From Nitrosopumilus sp. (GTDB taxonomy: Archaea > Thermoproteota > Nitrososphaeria > Nitrososphaerales > Nitrosopumilaceae): DNA of 64,000 nt. Every line of letters begins with the position of its first letter. The first letter of the stretch is position 1. A program made the position numbers and the translations under genes. This document shows, in pieces, positions 51,856-63,093 of this stretch. The stretch is from the NCBI GenBank assembly GCA_965205425.1, contig CBDBGZ010000004.1, positions 1 through 64,000 of the forward strand, written 5' to 3'. Under the pieces are notes generated by a model, which saw nothing but the letters and a program-made list of their open reading frames with translations, was not told the origin of the DNA and searched no databases.

Positions 51856-53834
51856 TATTGACCAATGTACGTAAATTCACTCGATCGTTGATGAGTAGTT
51901 TGGCAATCCCAGGAATTGGGATTATTTTTGTACTTTTTTTTTCAATCAATCCTGTTTTTGCACAGATTCCTTTGAATCTTGAAGAGTCTAATGAATTTTC
52001 AGGTGATTTATTAAATGATCCAATTGCCCAAGACATTCTAAAGAAAATAGAACAAACAAGAAAGATGATAGAAGAATTAAAACAAAAAGAGTATGAAGAA
52101 AATCAAGCAAAAGAAAATCTAGAAAAAATGCGCAACATGTCAATAGAAAGTCTAAATAAAAAACTCATAGAATGGGAAAGAGTATGGGAAAAATATTCCT
52201 CCAAAAATTCTTTTGAGAGTTTTGTAAATAAAAAATCATCTTACGTTCAAGGTGTGTTTTGGGATCAATTTCAATTCCAAGAACAAAGAGCTAATGCAGG
52301 AAGAGTTGCAATGAACACGATATTAACAAACGGAGGAACCAATGAGAATGCAAAAAATGCATATCATAATGCTGCATCAATACAAAGAATTGAGATAGTC
52401 GAGATGAATGCACAGTTTAACGTAAAACACAATCTTGCAGATTATACAGAACAACAAGTGTTCAATTCCACAGGAAAAATACATCAATCCCCTGTGACTC
52501 AGAAAAAACTTGCATCTTTTTATTCAGACTATAAAGAGCATCCAAGCTATATCTTGGCAAATTATGATGATGATGGTCTCTCTGAAATAGGTTCAGACAC
52601 ATCATGTAAGGAGGGATTTGTTCTAGTCTCTCGCGTAGTATCTGGGACTCAATCATGTGTTGAAGAAAATCTTGCAGAAAAATGGACAGATGACAGAGTC
52701 CCTGGAATGATTATTTCTGGGAATCCCCCACAACCCATCCCAATTAAAACAAATCCAGGTACACAATGTAAGGAAGGATATCTAGTCATTTATCATATTT
52801 CCACATTAGAATATCAATGTGTTTTAGAATCTGTTGCAAAAGAGATGATAAATGCCAAAACTGCAGAAATTCATACACTTGTAGAATACATTTTGGACAA
52901 AGATGATCAAAAAATAATTGTTGATGAAACATATGAAATAAATCAAAGAATTTTCAAATTACAAACAGAATATGATCTCAAAAGAAATACATTAGAATTA
53001 AAATATAACAACATACTTGAAAATGAAAAGTTAGTTGCAAAACAGAAAATGCAGAACATAGTCAAAGAATATAAAATCAATAAGAGCATTACAAAAGAAG
53101 AGGTATCACAATTAATTTCAGAAATAAGGTGGATATCTAATCAAAACAAAGAAGAAATTAACAAAGAACAATCAAATGCAATACATGATCTTGAACTAGA
53201 ATTAAAAAAAGATATTTTGATAATAGTCAAAGGTTATGAAAATAATTCTAAAATAAATGTTAATTGGGATTCTTTGAACAAGCAATTTATTGAATCTCAT
53301 GAGACAGTTGAAGAAAAGGAAATAGAACCTGTAAAAATATTCCAGTTAAATGAAAATTATCGTAATAAAATATATCTAGATAATTTTGGGTTGGTCAATT
53401 CGTTTGGTCATGCAGTTAATGAGATCAAATCTGAACAAGTTTTACAAATTGCTGCAGATATTACAAACATCGATTCTAATCGACAAGATTTCATTTACAT
53501 GGTTGAAATAAAAGATTATTCAAACACGATAGTTCAACCTGCAAAATGGATGAGAGGTATGTTAAATTCTAATCAAACTCTCAATGTAGGTTTATCATGG
53601 ATTCCAAAAGAAACTGGCAAGTACACTGCAATTATTTCTACAGGCACTGAAACCAATTCTATTTTACAAATGGTAGATATTGAAATTGATGTAAATCCTG
53701 AAGGAAACATCTCGGACGATAATTATTGTAAAAATGGATATGAATTACTTTTCAAATATATTGATAATTCACCCATATGCGCAAATCCAAATACAGCTTC
53801 AAAACTAATTAACATAGGATTAGCATTTGCTTAA
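51852..53834 (+). CDS. Secreted coiled-coil protein with 3 two-Cys modules and a C-terminal Ig-like domain
   Basis: CKEG..CV repeats; LSWIPKETGKYT. Confidence 0.85.
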   Translation: MILTNVRKFTRSLMSSLAIPGIGIIFVLFFSINPVFAQIPLNLEESNEFSGDLLNDPIAQDILKKIEQTRKMIEELKQKEYEENQAKENLEKMRNMSIESLNKKLIEWERVWEKYSSKNSFESFVNKKSSYVQGVFWDQFQFQEQRANAGRVAMNTILTNGGTNENAKNAYHNAASIQRIEIVEMNAQFNVKHNLADYTEQQVFNSTGKIHQSPVTQKKLASFYSDYKEHPSYILANYDDDGLSEIGSDTSCKEGFVLVSRVVSGTQSCVEENLAEKWTDDRVPGMIISGNPPQPIPIKTNPGTQCKEGYLVIYHISTLEYQCVLESVAKEMINAKTAEIHTLVEYILDKDDQKIIVDETYEINQRIFKLQTEYDLKRNTLELKYNNILENEKLVAKQKMQNIVKEYKINKSITKEEVSQLISEIRWISNQNKEEINKEQSNAIHDLELELKKDILIIVKGYENNSKINVNWDSLNKQFIESHETVEEKEIEPVKIFQLNENYRNKIYLDNFGLVNSFGHAVNEIKSEQVLQIAADITNIDSNRQDFIYMVEIKDYSNTIVQPAKWMRGMLNSNQTLNVGLSWIPKETGKYTAIISTGTETNSILQMVDIEIDVNPEGNISDDNYCKNGYELLFKYIDNSPICANPNTASKLINIGLAFA

Positions 53835-53981
53835 ATCTGTATTTGATGCAAAATAACGTTGTATTATCTTACAACATTTCATAATTCTAGACTCATGGCA
53901 CTTGCAATTATAACAAATCATATCTGTCTTTATCATGAGATGAAATAGAACACTTATTGATTATAGGATCTAGTTAAAAAA

Positions 53982-54822
53982 ATGGAAAAATCAACTCCTG
54001 ATGAAATTCGAGAACGTTTTGATAATGATGTTGAACGGTTCTCTAATCTAGAAACAGGACAAAAAGCAACAATTGATGCATCTTTACAAATGGATTTGAT
54101 TGCGTCGTCTGCACCTTATGTTAATCAAGATGCCAGAAAAATTTTAGACATAGGATGTGGTGCTGGGAATTATACTATCAAAGTATTACAAAAAATATCT
54201 GATCTTGATTGTACACTAATAGACTTGAGCCTATAGCGAAAAGATAAAGTTCGTGAACTAAAAATCATCAAAAAACTAGAGATTAGATGATTTTACCTAA
54301 GGTAAATACGAATAAACAATCTGAAACACCTTGAAAATAGTTCATGAACATATGCTTCTCGCTATACCAATGCTCAAACAAGCTGAAGATCGAATCAAGA
54401 ATTTAACTCATGGACAAGTAAAAACAATTCAAGGAGACATAAGAGAAATGGACATTGGAAAAGAAAAATACAATATTGTAATAGCTGCTGCTGTTCTTCA
54501 TCATCTTAGAGAATATGATGAATGGAAAAATGTCTTCAAAAAAATTTATGATTCATTGATGACAGGCGGTTCTTTTTGGATATCGGATCTTATTTCTCAA
54601 GAAGATCACCGTATCCAAAAAATGAGTATGGATAGATATGGAAGTTATTTGACAAAAGATGGAGGAAAATCTTACAAGAACGATGTGTTTGAGTATATTG
54701 AAAAAGAAGACACTCCCAGATCAATGACATTCCAGGTAGATCTTTTGAGATATGTGGGGTTTAACAAAATGGAGATACTGCATAAAAATTCAGTCTTTGG
54801 CTCTTTTGGAGCCATAAAATAA
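53982..54822 (+). pseudogene. Class I SAM methyltransferase (CmoA-like) split by a MITE
   Basis: LDIGCGAG; removing the MITE plus TA restores IDLSL|PMLKQA. Confidence 0.9.
54234..54364 (+). mobile_element. 131-bp MITE, copy 3
   Basis: Same as copy 1; clean TA duplication. Confidence 0.93.
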
Positions 54823-54906
54823 CATATTGTTACAATCTACTCATAAAGAGTATTGTAGTTTTAGTTTAATACCATACTCAATGCATTCAAAAATTTATTA
54901 ATTTTT

Positions 54907-55815
54907 GGTGATTATCAATTATTTACCCCCAACATATAATCAAGCAATAATGAGAAAGTATCTTCCATCTCTGTTGTTACATCTCCATTCCATCTCTTTG
55001 ATGTACAACAAGAATTTATCTGGACTTACACCATGATGCTTTGCCATGTTCTCTTTTGCAAAACTCCAAAATCCTTCTATTCCATTTATGTACACATCAT
55101 CTTTTCCAAACATCTTGCTGTGGTCTATTGAGAGATGCTTGTAGCCATTGAAAACTAGCGAATTGTATCCTCTCCACTTGTCCGTATACACAATGCTTCC
55201 TTTCTTTACTTTCTTGATAGTACTTGTAAGAAGTGTCTTGGCCTTTACGTTCTTTACAATCTCAACATGAACTTTTCCATTTCTCTCTAAAATTCCAAAT
55301 ACAATAGTTTTGTTTTTAGATCCTCTGCCACGATTTCCCTTTCTTTTTCCTCCAAAATAGTACCTCGTCAGCCTCAATCTGACCCTTTAGAACATCATCT
55401 GTTTTGGATTGTTCTTCAAGTATTGAGAATCTCATGATGTCAAAAGAATACAGTGCGGTAGGATAACTAACACCAACTTCTTTTGCTGCACGTCTTGCAC
55501 TAATCCCAAGATCAAATAGTTTGATTAGAACCAACCATTTTGGATAATCAATATTGATGATGCCAAACTGTGTATCTGAGAATGGTTTGTAGTTTGTCTT
55601 ACATTTACTGCATCTCAAATTCCCTCTGCTCATCAGATAATATTTTGGAGAATCACACTTGGGACAACATACAGAACTTGTGCTGTTGAATCTTTTACAC
55701 AGAAATTTTAATGATGTTGATTTATCTGAAACTATTTTGAATAGCTCAATGATATTGATAGTTTTTTCCAATAATTACATAAAATTAGTTTGGGGGTAAT
55801 AGGTTTACAATCACC
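54907..55815 (-). mobile_element. IS1595-family element, copy 3 (divergent 5' part)
   Basis: Same IRs; different Zn-finger region; no matching TSD. Confidence 0.92.
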
Positions 55816-55841
55816 CAAATTTATTATATTTTAAAAAATAT

Positions 55842-56492
55842 TTAGATGAAGATGTCTGTTTTCTTTTCGACAATTTGTTGTTTGAGTGTATCTGGTACAT
55901 CTGGAATTGATGATTTGGTTTGTCCAGCAATCACACTGTGAGCTTCTTCTAGAATTGCTAATGTGTCTGCATTTGTTTCAGTAGGCATACTCATACTATC
56001 TCCTATGCCAACTGATGATCCTGACATTACATCTCCAAGTATTTGTGATAAATCTTGCATGGATGCATTTGCTTCAGGCATTATTCCACTAAGTGATGGA
56101 CTTAGACCTTTAATGATTGCCATACATGGACTAAGTGTTACGACTACATCTCCTAATTCTGAAACTGTATCTAATCGAAGTTTGACTTGTTCCATGGATA
56201 ATTTTGCTCCACTAACCATGTTTTTCATTTTTCTAACTTGAGTTAATTCTCCTGCATATGCTTGAGCATAACCCGTTTTGTTATTTCTTTGTGCATTAAC
56301 AATTTTTTCAAATATCACATCATGTTTTTTCTGTAATTTTTCATTTATTCCATCTAATTTTGAAATTTGAAATTGTAATTTTTTTTGTGCAAAATCAATC
56401 TTATTTTTTAATGGTTCATCAGGCTTTACTTTTCCCATTACTTTTTGAGAAATTGTTTCTCCTTCATTTTTGTTCCAAGAGTTACTGATCAT
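55842..56492 (-). CDS. cdvB: CdvB/ESCRT-III (Snf7) paralog
   Basis: AQAYAGEL.QVRKM, EQVKLRLDTVSELGDVV.TLSP, ILEEA. Confidence 0.85.
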   Translation of the reverse strand: MISNSWNKNEGETISQKVMGKVKPDEPLKNKIDFAQKKLQFQISKLDGINEKLQKKHDVIFEKIVNAQRNNKTGYAQAYAGELTQVRKMKNMVSGAKLSMEQVKLRLDTVSELGDVVVTLSPCMAIIKGLSPSLSGIMPEANASMQDLSQILGDVMSGSSVGIGDSMSMPTETNADTLAILEEAHSVIAGQTKSSIPDVPDTLKQQIVEKKTDIFI

Positions 56493-56585
56493 GCCTTAAA
56501 TTCCTAAATATGCTTGACTTCTTAGTTTTAAACAGATTTGTCACTCTTGGTGGTGTCACTAGAGTTACACTAACTAGCAGTTACA

Positions 56586-57698
56586 CTATCCGAAGGTAAA
56601 CGTGAATATTTGAAAACCTTCACCTCTAATCTTAATTTCAATCGAATGAGATGAACTTTCATCACTGCTAATGATGTTGTATAATCCAGCTTCTGTGACT
56701 TTGAGAATATTCCCGTTAACAATGTCTGTACCTGCATATCTTGCAGGTAATGGCTTGTCATCTAGAAATATTTCTAGTTCTGCATTATTCTCAGTTACTA
56801 TGTTTACTTCTTTTGCATTATACAATAGTTTGATGGTCCCTGTTTCTGAGATTAACTCCATACTGTCTTCATAATTTTTCCATTCTCCTATTGGATAGAA
56901 TTTGTGCAAATCAATCTTATTTGGTTCTAAATATGAAATGGTCTTACCTGGTTGAAATCCTTCATCACTACCTAATTGATTTCTATTTTGTGCAAATTTG
57001 TAACCAAAATACAATTCAGGTGTTCTAAACAATGAGTGTTGAAACTCTTCAATGTCTACAAGTGATGATGCTGAAGCCATTTGAATTCCTAATGCTAAAG
57101 CTCGTTCTTCTAATAATTTCTGAATAACTTTTTCTGTTTCTTGATATCCGCCTTCCCCAATATGATCATATCTGATAAAACCTTCATGGTCTGCAATGTA
57201 TTTTCTTGGCCAATACCTATTTTCAAAAGCTTGCCATGTTTCCATGTCGTTATCTAGCACTACCGGATAACTAATCCCGTGTTTTTCTATTGCCATCTTT
57301 ACATTTTCAGGATCTTTTTCAAATTCAAATTCCGGTGCATGAACTCCAATAATTAATAATCCTTGTTCTGAATATTTGTCATCCCATGCAGTAATGTATG
57401 GTAATGTTCGAATACAATTGATACAACTGTATGTCCAAATATCATAAAGAACTACTTTGTCTTTGATCTGATCACTTAATTCCTCCGGTGTGGTGTTTAG
57501 ATAATTGGCAATTCCTACTAATCCCGGTGCTTTTTTAAATCCAGATTTATCGATTTTTGAAAGTGAATCTGATTCAGTAAACGTTGTAGATGATTGCACT
57601 TCTTGATCAAGTGTTGAAAACACCATTCCCATTATGCCTAAACCTGCAGCAATTATGATGCCTAAAATTAGTCCTGTTTTAATCTCTGAGTTCATCAT
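56586..57698 (-). CDS. Membrane-anchored redoxin (DipZ-like C-terminal part)
   Basis: WTYSCINC, VHAPEF, TPELYFG. Confidence 0.9.
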   Translation of the reverse strand: MMNSEIKTGLILGIIIAAGLGIMGMVFSTLDQEVQSSTTFTESDSLSKIDKSGFKKAPGLVGIANYLNTTPEELSDQIKDKVVLYDIWTYSCINCIRTLPYITAWDDKYSEQGLLIIGVHAPEFEFEKDPENVKMAIEKHGISYPVVLDNDMETWQAFENRYWPRKYIADHEGFIRYDHIGEGGYQETEKVIQKLLEERALALGIQMASASSLVDIEEFQHSLFRTPELYFGYKFAQNRNQLGSDEGFQPGKTISYLEPNKIDLHKFYPIGEWKNYEDSMELISETGTIKLLYNAKEVNIVTENNAELEIFLDDKPLPARYAGTDIVNGNILKVTEAGLYNIISSDESSSHSIEIKIRGEGFQIFTFTFG

Positions 57699-57699
57699 G

Positions 57700-58431
57700 T
57701 CACCCTAGCAGTACCAACTCGTTAAGAAGTGGAAAATTTGCAATGTATGCAAGTTGATTTGTAAATACTAAAATTCCCAACACAATGATGAATCCACCTA
57801 AAATCACATTATAGTATTTGAGATGTTTTGTCATTGAGTGTATTATTTTTGTAGCTCTTGAGAAGAATACCCCCATGAGAATAAATGGAATTCCCAAACC
57901 AAATGAATAAACAAGTAACAAAGTAAATGAAAGTGACGGAGTTGTTGCAGCTAGTGTAAGTATCGTACCGAGTATAGGGCCAACACATGGTGTCCATCCT
58001 GCTGCAAAAGATAAACCAAATACAAATGACATTGGATAACTTGACTTTGAATTTTTAGGGAAAAATTTCTTTTCAACATTTAATTGACGAATTTTTGTTG
58101 ATAGTAACAGAAAAGTCCCAAATGAAATAATGATAATCCCACCTATTACATTTAGAGTTTCAGTAAATTCTCCTGCAGTACTAGAAAGAACACTATTGAT
58201 CAAAACTCCTAACGTGGAGAATACAACTGAGAATCCTAATACAAAAAATACTGTATTAAGTACAATGTTTACTCGATTAACCGAAAGAACAGTTCCATTT
58301 TTAGAACCTAATTCTGTTACTGTAGTTCCAGAAATGTATGCAAGAAATGCAGGAATCATTGGTAAAATACATGGTGCAACAAATGAACCTAGACCTGCAA
58401 CTAATGCTACTAAAATAGTTGGATCTGCCAT
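57700..58431 (-). CDS. ccdA: Cytochrome c biogenesis CcdA/DsbD family protein
   Basis: SFVAPCILPM, GWTPCVGPIL. Confidence 0.92.
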   Translation of the reverse strand: MADPTILVALVAGLGSFVAPCILPMIPAFLAYISGTTVTELGSKNGTVLSVNRVNIVLNTVFFVLGFSVVFSTLGVLINSVLSSTAGEFTETLNVIGGIIIISFGTFLLLSTKIRQLNVEKKFFPKNSKSSYPMSFVFGLSFAAGWTPCVGPILGTILTLAATTPSLSFTLLLVYSFGLGIPFILMGVFFSRATKIIHSMTKHLKYYNVILGGFIIVLGILVFTNQLAYIANFPLLNELVLLG

Positions 58432-58528
58432 GTCCTAAATTTGTAATTTTTCCTTTAAAGGCTTCTTCCAATTCTTTCCCCTATCTTAATTTCAATCCCT
58501 TTTTAACTGGGATGGGCATATTTTCATT

Positions 58529-58633
58529 ATGAATAAGCGATTTATCATTGTTGGAATTGCTTTAGGAATTGTAGTTACGCTTGCTGTAATAATTGGCTCA
58601 CCTGCACTTGGTGGCTTTGATGCTATGCGTTAA
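58529..58633 (+). CDS. 34-aa single-TM microprotein
   Basis: MNKRFIIVGIALGIVVTLAVIIGSPALGGFDAMR. Confidence 0.55.
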   Translation: MNKRFIIVGIALGIVVTLAVIIGSPALGGFDAMR

Positions 58634-59772
58634 TTGTAGAATTTTCTATATGCTTTCTCAAAAATATGAAGTGTTTTTTCAATTTCACTTTCAGATAGCC
58701 ATGCAGTAACAGAAATTCGTAGTCTTGCCTGATTTTTAGGAACAGTTGGGTATCTAATTGGCTGTGCAAATATTCCATTTTTAAATAAAAATTCTCCAAA
58801 TTCCATCGCCGTTTTTTCATTACCAATTATAATTGGGATGATTTGCGTGGTGGAATTTATTTCAAAACCTAATTGTTTTAATCCTTTTGTTAACTGTTTA
58901 GTATTTTTCTCTAGTTTCTTCTTTTGTTTTTCTCTATTTGATTGAAATCTTTTGAATGAATATTCTACCAAAAAAGAAGGTAAAGCTGAAGTATAGATGA
59001 AAGATTTTGATTTATTTATACACAAATCTATTACATTATTTTGAGATGAAACATATCCTCCAAATGATCCTAGCCCTTTACTTAAACTACTGATATACAA
59101 ATCAATTTTTTTTGCTACTTTAAGATAATTTGGAGTCCCTTTACCATCATTTCCTAAAACAAAATCCCCATGTGCATCATCAATTATCGTAATAGCTTTT
59201 GATTTTTCTGAAATCTCTGTAATTTGTTTTAATTGAGATAAATCCCCATCCATACTAAAAACTCCTTCTGTAATCACAAACTTGTTTTTTCCTTTTTGTT
59301 TTATTTTTTTATTCAAATCATCCATATCATTATGTTTATAAATTGAAATTTTGGCATCTGTTAATTTACATGATTCTATGATGCTTGCATGGTTTAATTC
59401 ATCACTTAGAATTAAATCTCCTTTCTTTGCAATTGCTGAAATTGCTCCCAGATTAGCCATGTATCCTGTTGGATAAATTAAACTGCTTTGTTGTGATTTG
59501 TGTTTTGCAAGTGTTTCTTCTAATTTTTTATATGATTCATCATTACCTGATACTAGTCTTGAACTTGATTGTAATTGTTTGATGGACATTTTTGTAGTAG
59601 GAATGCCCAAGTAATCATTTGAACACAAGTTGAGAAGTTTTTTTCTATTTATTGTGACTGTTGAACCGTTAGAAACACCATATCGTAATCTTCTATAGAG
59701 GTTATTTTTTTGTAGATTTTTTAATTCTAAATCGATAAAATTTAGTTTATGCTTGGAGGCCAATTCTTTCAA
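58630..59772 (-). CDS. bioF: 8-amino-7-oxononanoate synthase
   Basis: SNDYLG, GYMAN, NHAS, FSMDGD, DDAHG, LSKG. Confidence 0.93.
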   Translation of the reverse strand: MKELASKHKLNFIDLELKNLQKNNLYRRLRYGVSNGSTVTINRKKLLNLCSNDYLGIPTTKMSIKQLQSSSRLVSGNDESYKKLEETLAKHKSQQSSLIYPTGYMANLGAISAIAKKGDLILSDELNHASIIESCKLTDAKISIYKHNDMDDLNKKIKQKGKNKFVITEGVFSMDGDLSQLKQITEISEKSKAITIIDDAHGDFVLGNDGKGTPNYLKVAKKIDLYISSLSKGLGSFGGYVSSQNNVIDLCINKSKSFIYTSALPSFLVEYSFKRFQSNREKQKKKLEKNTKQLTKGLKQLGFEINSTTQIIPIIIGNEKTAMEFGEFLFKNGIFAQPIRYPTVPKNQARLRISVTAWLSESEIEKTLHIFEKAYRKFYN

Positions 59773-60724
59773 TCATTTTGCGGTCTTTTTCAGCATCATT
59801 TCCATCCATGGTGAGATACCCTGCAGTAATAATTCCATTTGCTCCACTTTGCAGTAATTCCTCTCCTGAATCATTAAGATTAGTTTCACGCCCTCCTGAA
59901 ATTTTGATAACTGATTCAGGTAACAAGAATCTGATCACAGAAAACATTCTGACAATTTCAGAATTTGGTAAATCTGCTTGTAATTCTAATGGTGTTCCTG
60001 GCACTGGAACTAAAATGTTAATCGTTACCTCTTCGGGGTATAATCTAGCTAACTCTAGGGTTAACTCTAATCTTTGTTTTCGTGTTTCTCCTAACCCGAT
60101 AATTCCACCAGTACATAATTCTAATCCTGCATCTCTTGCAATACCTAATGTTTTTAATCTATCTTCATATGTGTGAGTAGTACATATTTCTGAGAATTTT
60201 GATTTTGCAGTTTCTAGATTGTGATTATATCTTTTTACTTTTAGTTCCTTTAATTTTTTTGCTTGTTCTATTGTTAGAAATCCTAAACTGCATTCAACAC
60301 TAATTCCAACTTTGTTATTTATTTCTGTAATAATTTGACATACTTTTTGAAAATCAGTAGTAGAAGGTTCTCTCCAAGCTGCAACAAGACAATATGACTC
60401 TGCCCCTTCTTCTTTTGCTTTTTGTGCTTTACTTACTACTTCTTCTGGTGTTGGTAATTGATATGATTCTATTCCTGTATCAAAAAATGCAGATTGCCCA
60501 CAAAATGTACAGTCTTCACTGCATGCATTTTTTTTAATATTGTTTAATTGTTCAACATCAACTTTATCTCCATTAAAATCTCTAGTAATTTCATTTGCGC
60601 ATCTTGCTAAATCTTTAAGATTCTCATCTGGAATCTCTAGTAATTTTTTTGCATCATCTACTGATATGTGATTTCCAGAAAATACCTTTTCTTGGCATTC
60701 TTTAATGAAATCTAGGATATTCAT
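59747..60724 (-). CDS. bioB: Biotin synthase
   Basis: CSEDCTFC, YNHNLET. Confidence 0.96.
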   Translation of the reverse strand: MNILDFIKECQEKVFSGNHISVDDAKKLLEIPDENLKDLARCANEITRDFNGDKVDVEQLNNIKKNACSEDCTFCGQSAFFDTGIESYQLPTPEEVVSKAQKAKEEGAESYCLVAAWREPSTTDFQKVCQIITEINNKVGISVECSLGFLTIEQAKKLKELKVKRYNHNLETAKSKFSEICTTHTYEDRLKTLGIARDAGLELCTGGIIGLGETRKQRLELTLELARLYPEEVTINILVPVPGTPLELQADLPNSEIVRMFSVIRFLLPESVIKISGGRETNLNDSGEELLQSGANGIITAGYLTMDGNDAEKDRKMIERIGLQA

Positions 60725-60796
60725 AATTTTGATAATGATTATTCCATTTATAACAATAATGGAATAGTTAACCTTGTACCCTTAGAGTGTTAACAG

Positions 60797-62113
60797 TCAA
60801 ACTACCTTTGATTTTGCAGATTTGATAGTGGAAATAGTTCTTTTTATGAGTAAATTTAGCTCTGATTCAGATATGGCCAAAGGAGGCACGAGCATTACTA
60901 TGTTTCCTAGTGTTCGAAGATAGATTCCGTTCTTTTTTCCTTCCTCGAAAAATATTTTGTTAATGGATTTTTTTGGAGAGATGGGCCTCTTTTTTGATTT
61001 ATCTATAACTAATTCAATTCCCATAAGCATACCTTTGTGCCGGATATCCCCTACAATGTCTATTTCTGAAATCTCATCATAGAATTTTTCAAAAACTTTA
61101 GATGTTTTTCCAATTTTTTTAATCAAATTATTTTTCTTATACATTTTTAGATTTTCATTTGCAACTGCTGCGGAAATTGGGTTTCCCGTGTATGTGTGTC
61201 CATGAAAGAGATGTCTCCAATCACTAAATTCTCCCAAGAATGAATCATAAATTTTCTTATTTGTTAACGTTGCAGCCATGGTGAGATATCCTCCAGTTAA
61301 CATTTTTCCATATGCTACAATGTCTGGAATACTTTTTTGTTCTTCATACTGTGTCATTGATCCTAGTCTTCCAAAACCTGTTGCTATTTCATCTAGAACC
61401 AATAACACATCATATTTTTTACATAGTTGACTAATCTTTTTTTGAAATCCTTTGGGATAAATTATGACGCCTCCTGCAACTTGTGCCCCACTTTCCATCA
61501 CAAATGCTGCAATATTGTCTTTTTTAGAAAATCTTTTTTCAATTTTATCTAAACAATAATTTTGATAGTCTGTTAAAGTAAATCCTTTTGGCATTCTGTA
61601 TTTATTTGGAACTGGAAATTGTATTGTTGAAAATAATTGTTTTTTAAATTTACCAAAGAATTCTGGAACATACCCTACAGACATTGCACCAAATGTATCT
61701 CCATGATACCCGTTTTCTATTGTAGCAATTTCTGTTTTCTTTTTATTTCCAATATTTTTCCAATATTGTAATGCTATTTTGATTGCAATTTCCATTGCAG
61801 ATGAGCCATTATCTGAATAAAACACTTTTTGCATTTTTGGTGAAATTCTAACAAGATTATCTGCAAGTTTTTCTACCGGCTCTGTTGTTAAATTGAACTG
61901 TGATGAATGTTGTAATTTTTTGCTTTGATTTTGAATGATTTTAACTAGTTGTGGATTTGAATGACCCCATACATTACACCACATTGAGGCAACTCCATCT
62001 ATCATTTTGTGGCCTTTTGAATCAACTAGCCATACTCCTTTGGCGCTCGTAATTTGCGTAAATCTATCCCATTCTTTCATCTGAGTGTTTGGGTGCCAAA
62101 CAGAACTTTTCAA
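60797..62113 (-). CDS. bioA: DAPA aminotransferase
   Basis: WHP.TQ, YHGDT, DEIATGFGR, KMLTGGY, HGHTY. Confidence 0.95.
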   Translation of the reverse strand: MKSSVWHPNTQMKEWDRFTQITSAKGVWLVDSKGHKMIDGVASMWCNVWGHSNPQLVKIIQNQSKKLQHSSQFNLTTEPVEKLADNLVRISPKMQKVFYSDNGSSAMEIAIKIALQYWKNIGNKKKTEIATIENGYHGDTFGAMSVGYVPEFFGKFKKQLFSTIQFPVPNKYRMPKGFTLTDYQNYCLDKIEKRFSKKDNIAAFVMESGAQVAGGVIIYPKGFQKKISQLCKKYDVLLVLDEIATGFGRLGSMTQYEEQKSIPDIVAYGKMLTGGYLTMAATLTNKKIYDSFLGEFSDWRHLFHGHTYTGNPISAAVANENLKMYKKNNLIKKIGKTSKVFEKFYDEISEIDIVGDIRHKGMLMGIELVIDKSKKRPISPKKSINKIFFEEGKKNGIYLRTLGNIVMLVPPLAISESELNLLIKRTISTIKSAKSKVV

Positions 62114-62162
62114 CTAATTTTGTAGGTTCTCAGATCTTAATAATTAACCGATGAATTAATCA

Positions 62163-62870
62163 ATGAATAATTCTGAATCTAATTTGTTGAACTCTGTTTT
62201 CATTACTGGTACCGATACTGATGTGGGGAAAACATACATCACGGCAGGTCTTGGTGTGTCTTTACAAAAGATGGGGATAGATGTTGGTGTTATGAAGCCA
62301 TTTGCGGCAGGTTCTGCCCAGAAAAAAGGCTACAAATCAGAAGACATTGAGATCTTATCACGTGCGGCAAAAGTGTGTGATTCTGAAAATTTAGTTAATC
62401 CTCAATTCTTCCCTATTCCTGCATCCCCATACACTGCATGGAAGAAACTAAAAACAAAACCAAAAATTTCTACAATTTTATCTAGTTTTAAAAAATTATC
62501 AAAACTACATGACATGATACTAGTAGAAGGAATGGGTGGCATTATGACTCCTATTCTCAAAGACTATTACATCACAAATTTAATTAAAGAAATGAAAATC
62601 CCAACTGTAATTGTTACTAGAAGTAAAGTTGGAACTGTAAATCATACTATAATGACAGTAAAAATGTGTGAGAAATATAAAATTCCAATCAAAGGAATCA
62701 TAATTAATAATTTTGATAAAGGCTACCAAGTCAAAGATTTGACTCGAGACTTGGAAAATTTAACCGGCGTACATGTTTTGGGTTCAATCCCATTCATTAA
62801 AGATATGAGTGATGTATCTTTAACTAGAATTTTTAAAAAAAATATTGATTTAAAATTATTTTTAAAATAA
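62163..62870 (+). CDS. bioD: Dethiobiotin synthase
   Basis: TGTDTDVGKT, VEGMGG. Confidence 0.95.
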   Translation: MNNSESNLLNSVFITGTDTDVGKTYITAGLGVSLQKMGIDVGVMKPFAAGSAQKKGYKSEDIEILSRAAKVCDSENLVNPQFFPIPASPYTAWKKLKTKPKISTILSSFKKLSKLHDMILVEGMGGIMTPILKDYYITNLIKEMKIPTVIVTRSKVGTVNHTIMTVKMCEKYKIPIKGIIINNFDKGYQVKDLTRDLENLTGVHVLGSIPFIKDMSDVSLTRIFKKNIDLKLFLK

Positions 62871-63093
62871 AAGACAATTATGGTGCTGTGATTATATCAA
62901 AACATTGCTAAATATTACAACTGATAGAACAAAGCCCCATATTCCAACATGAATATTTTTTGTATTCTTGATTTGAATATCTTTTACACTCATGATAAAG
63001 TATGAGTATATGTATATCATAATGAATAGTATGTGATTTTCTATAATAACATAGTTAAACAGTATGATTTAGTCGTAATCTTGGGGCTTGTAC

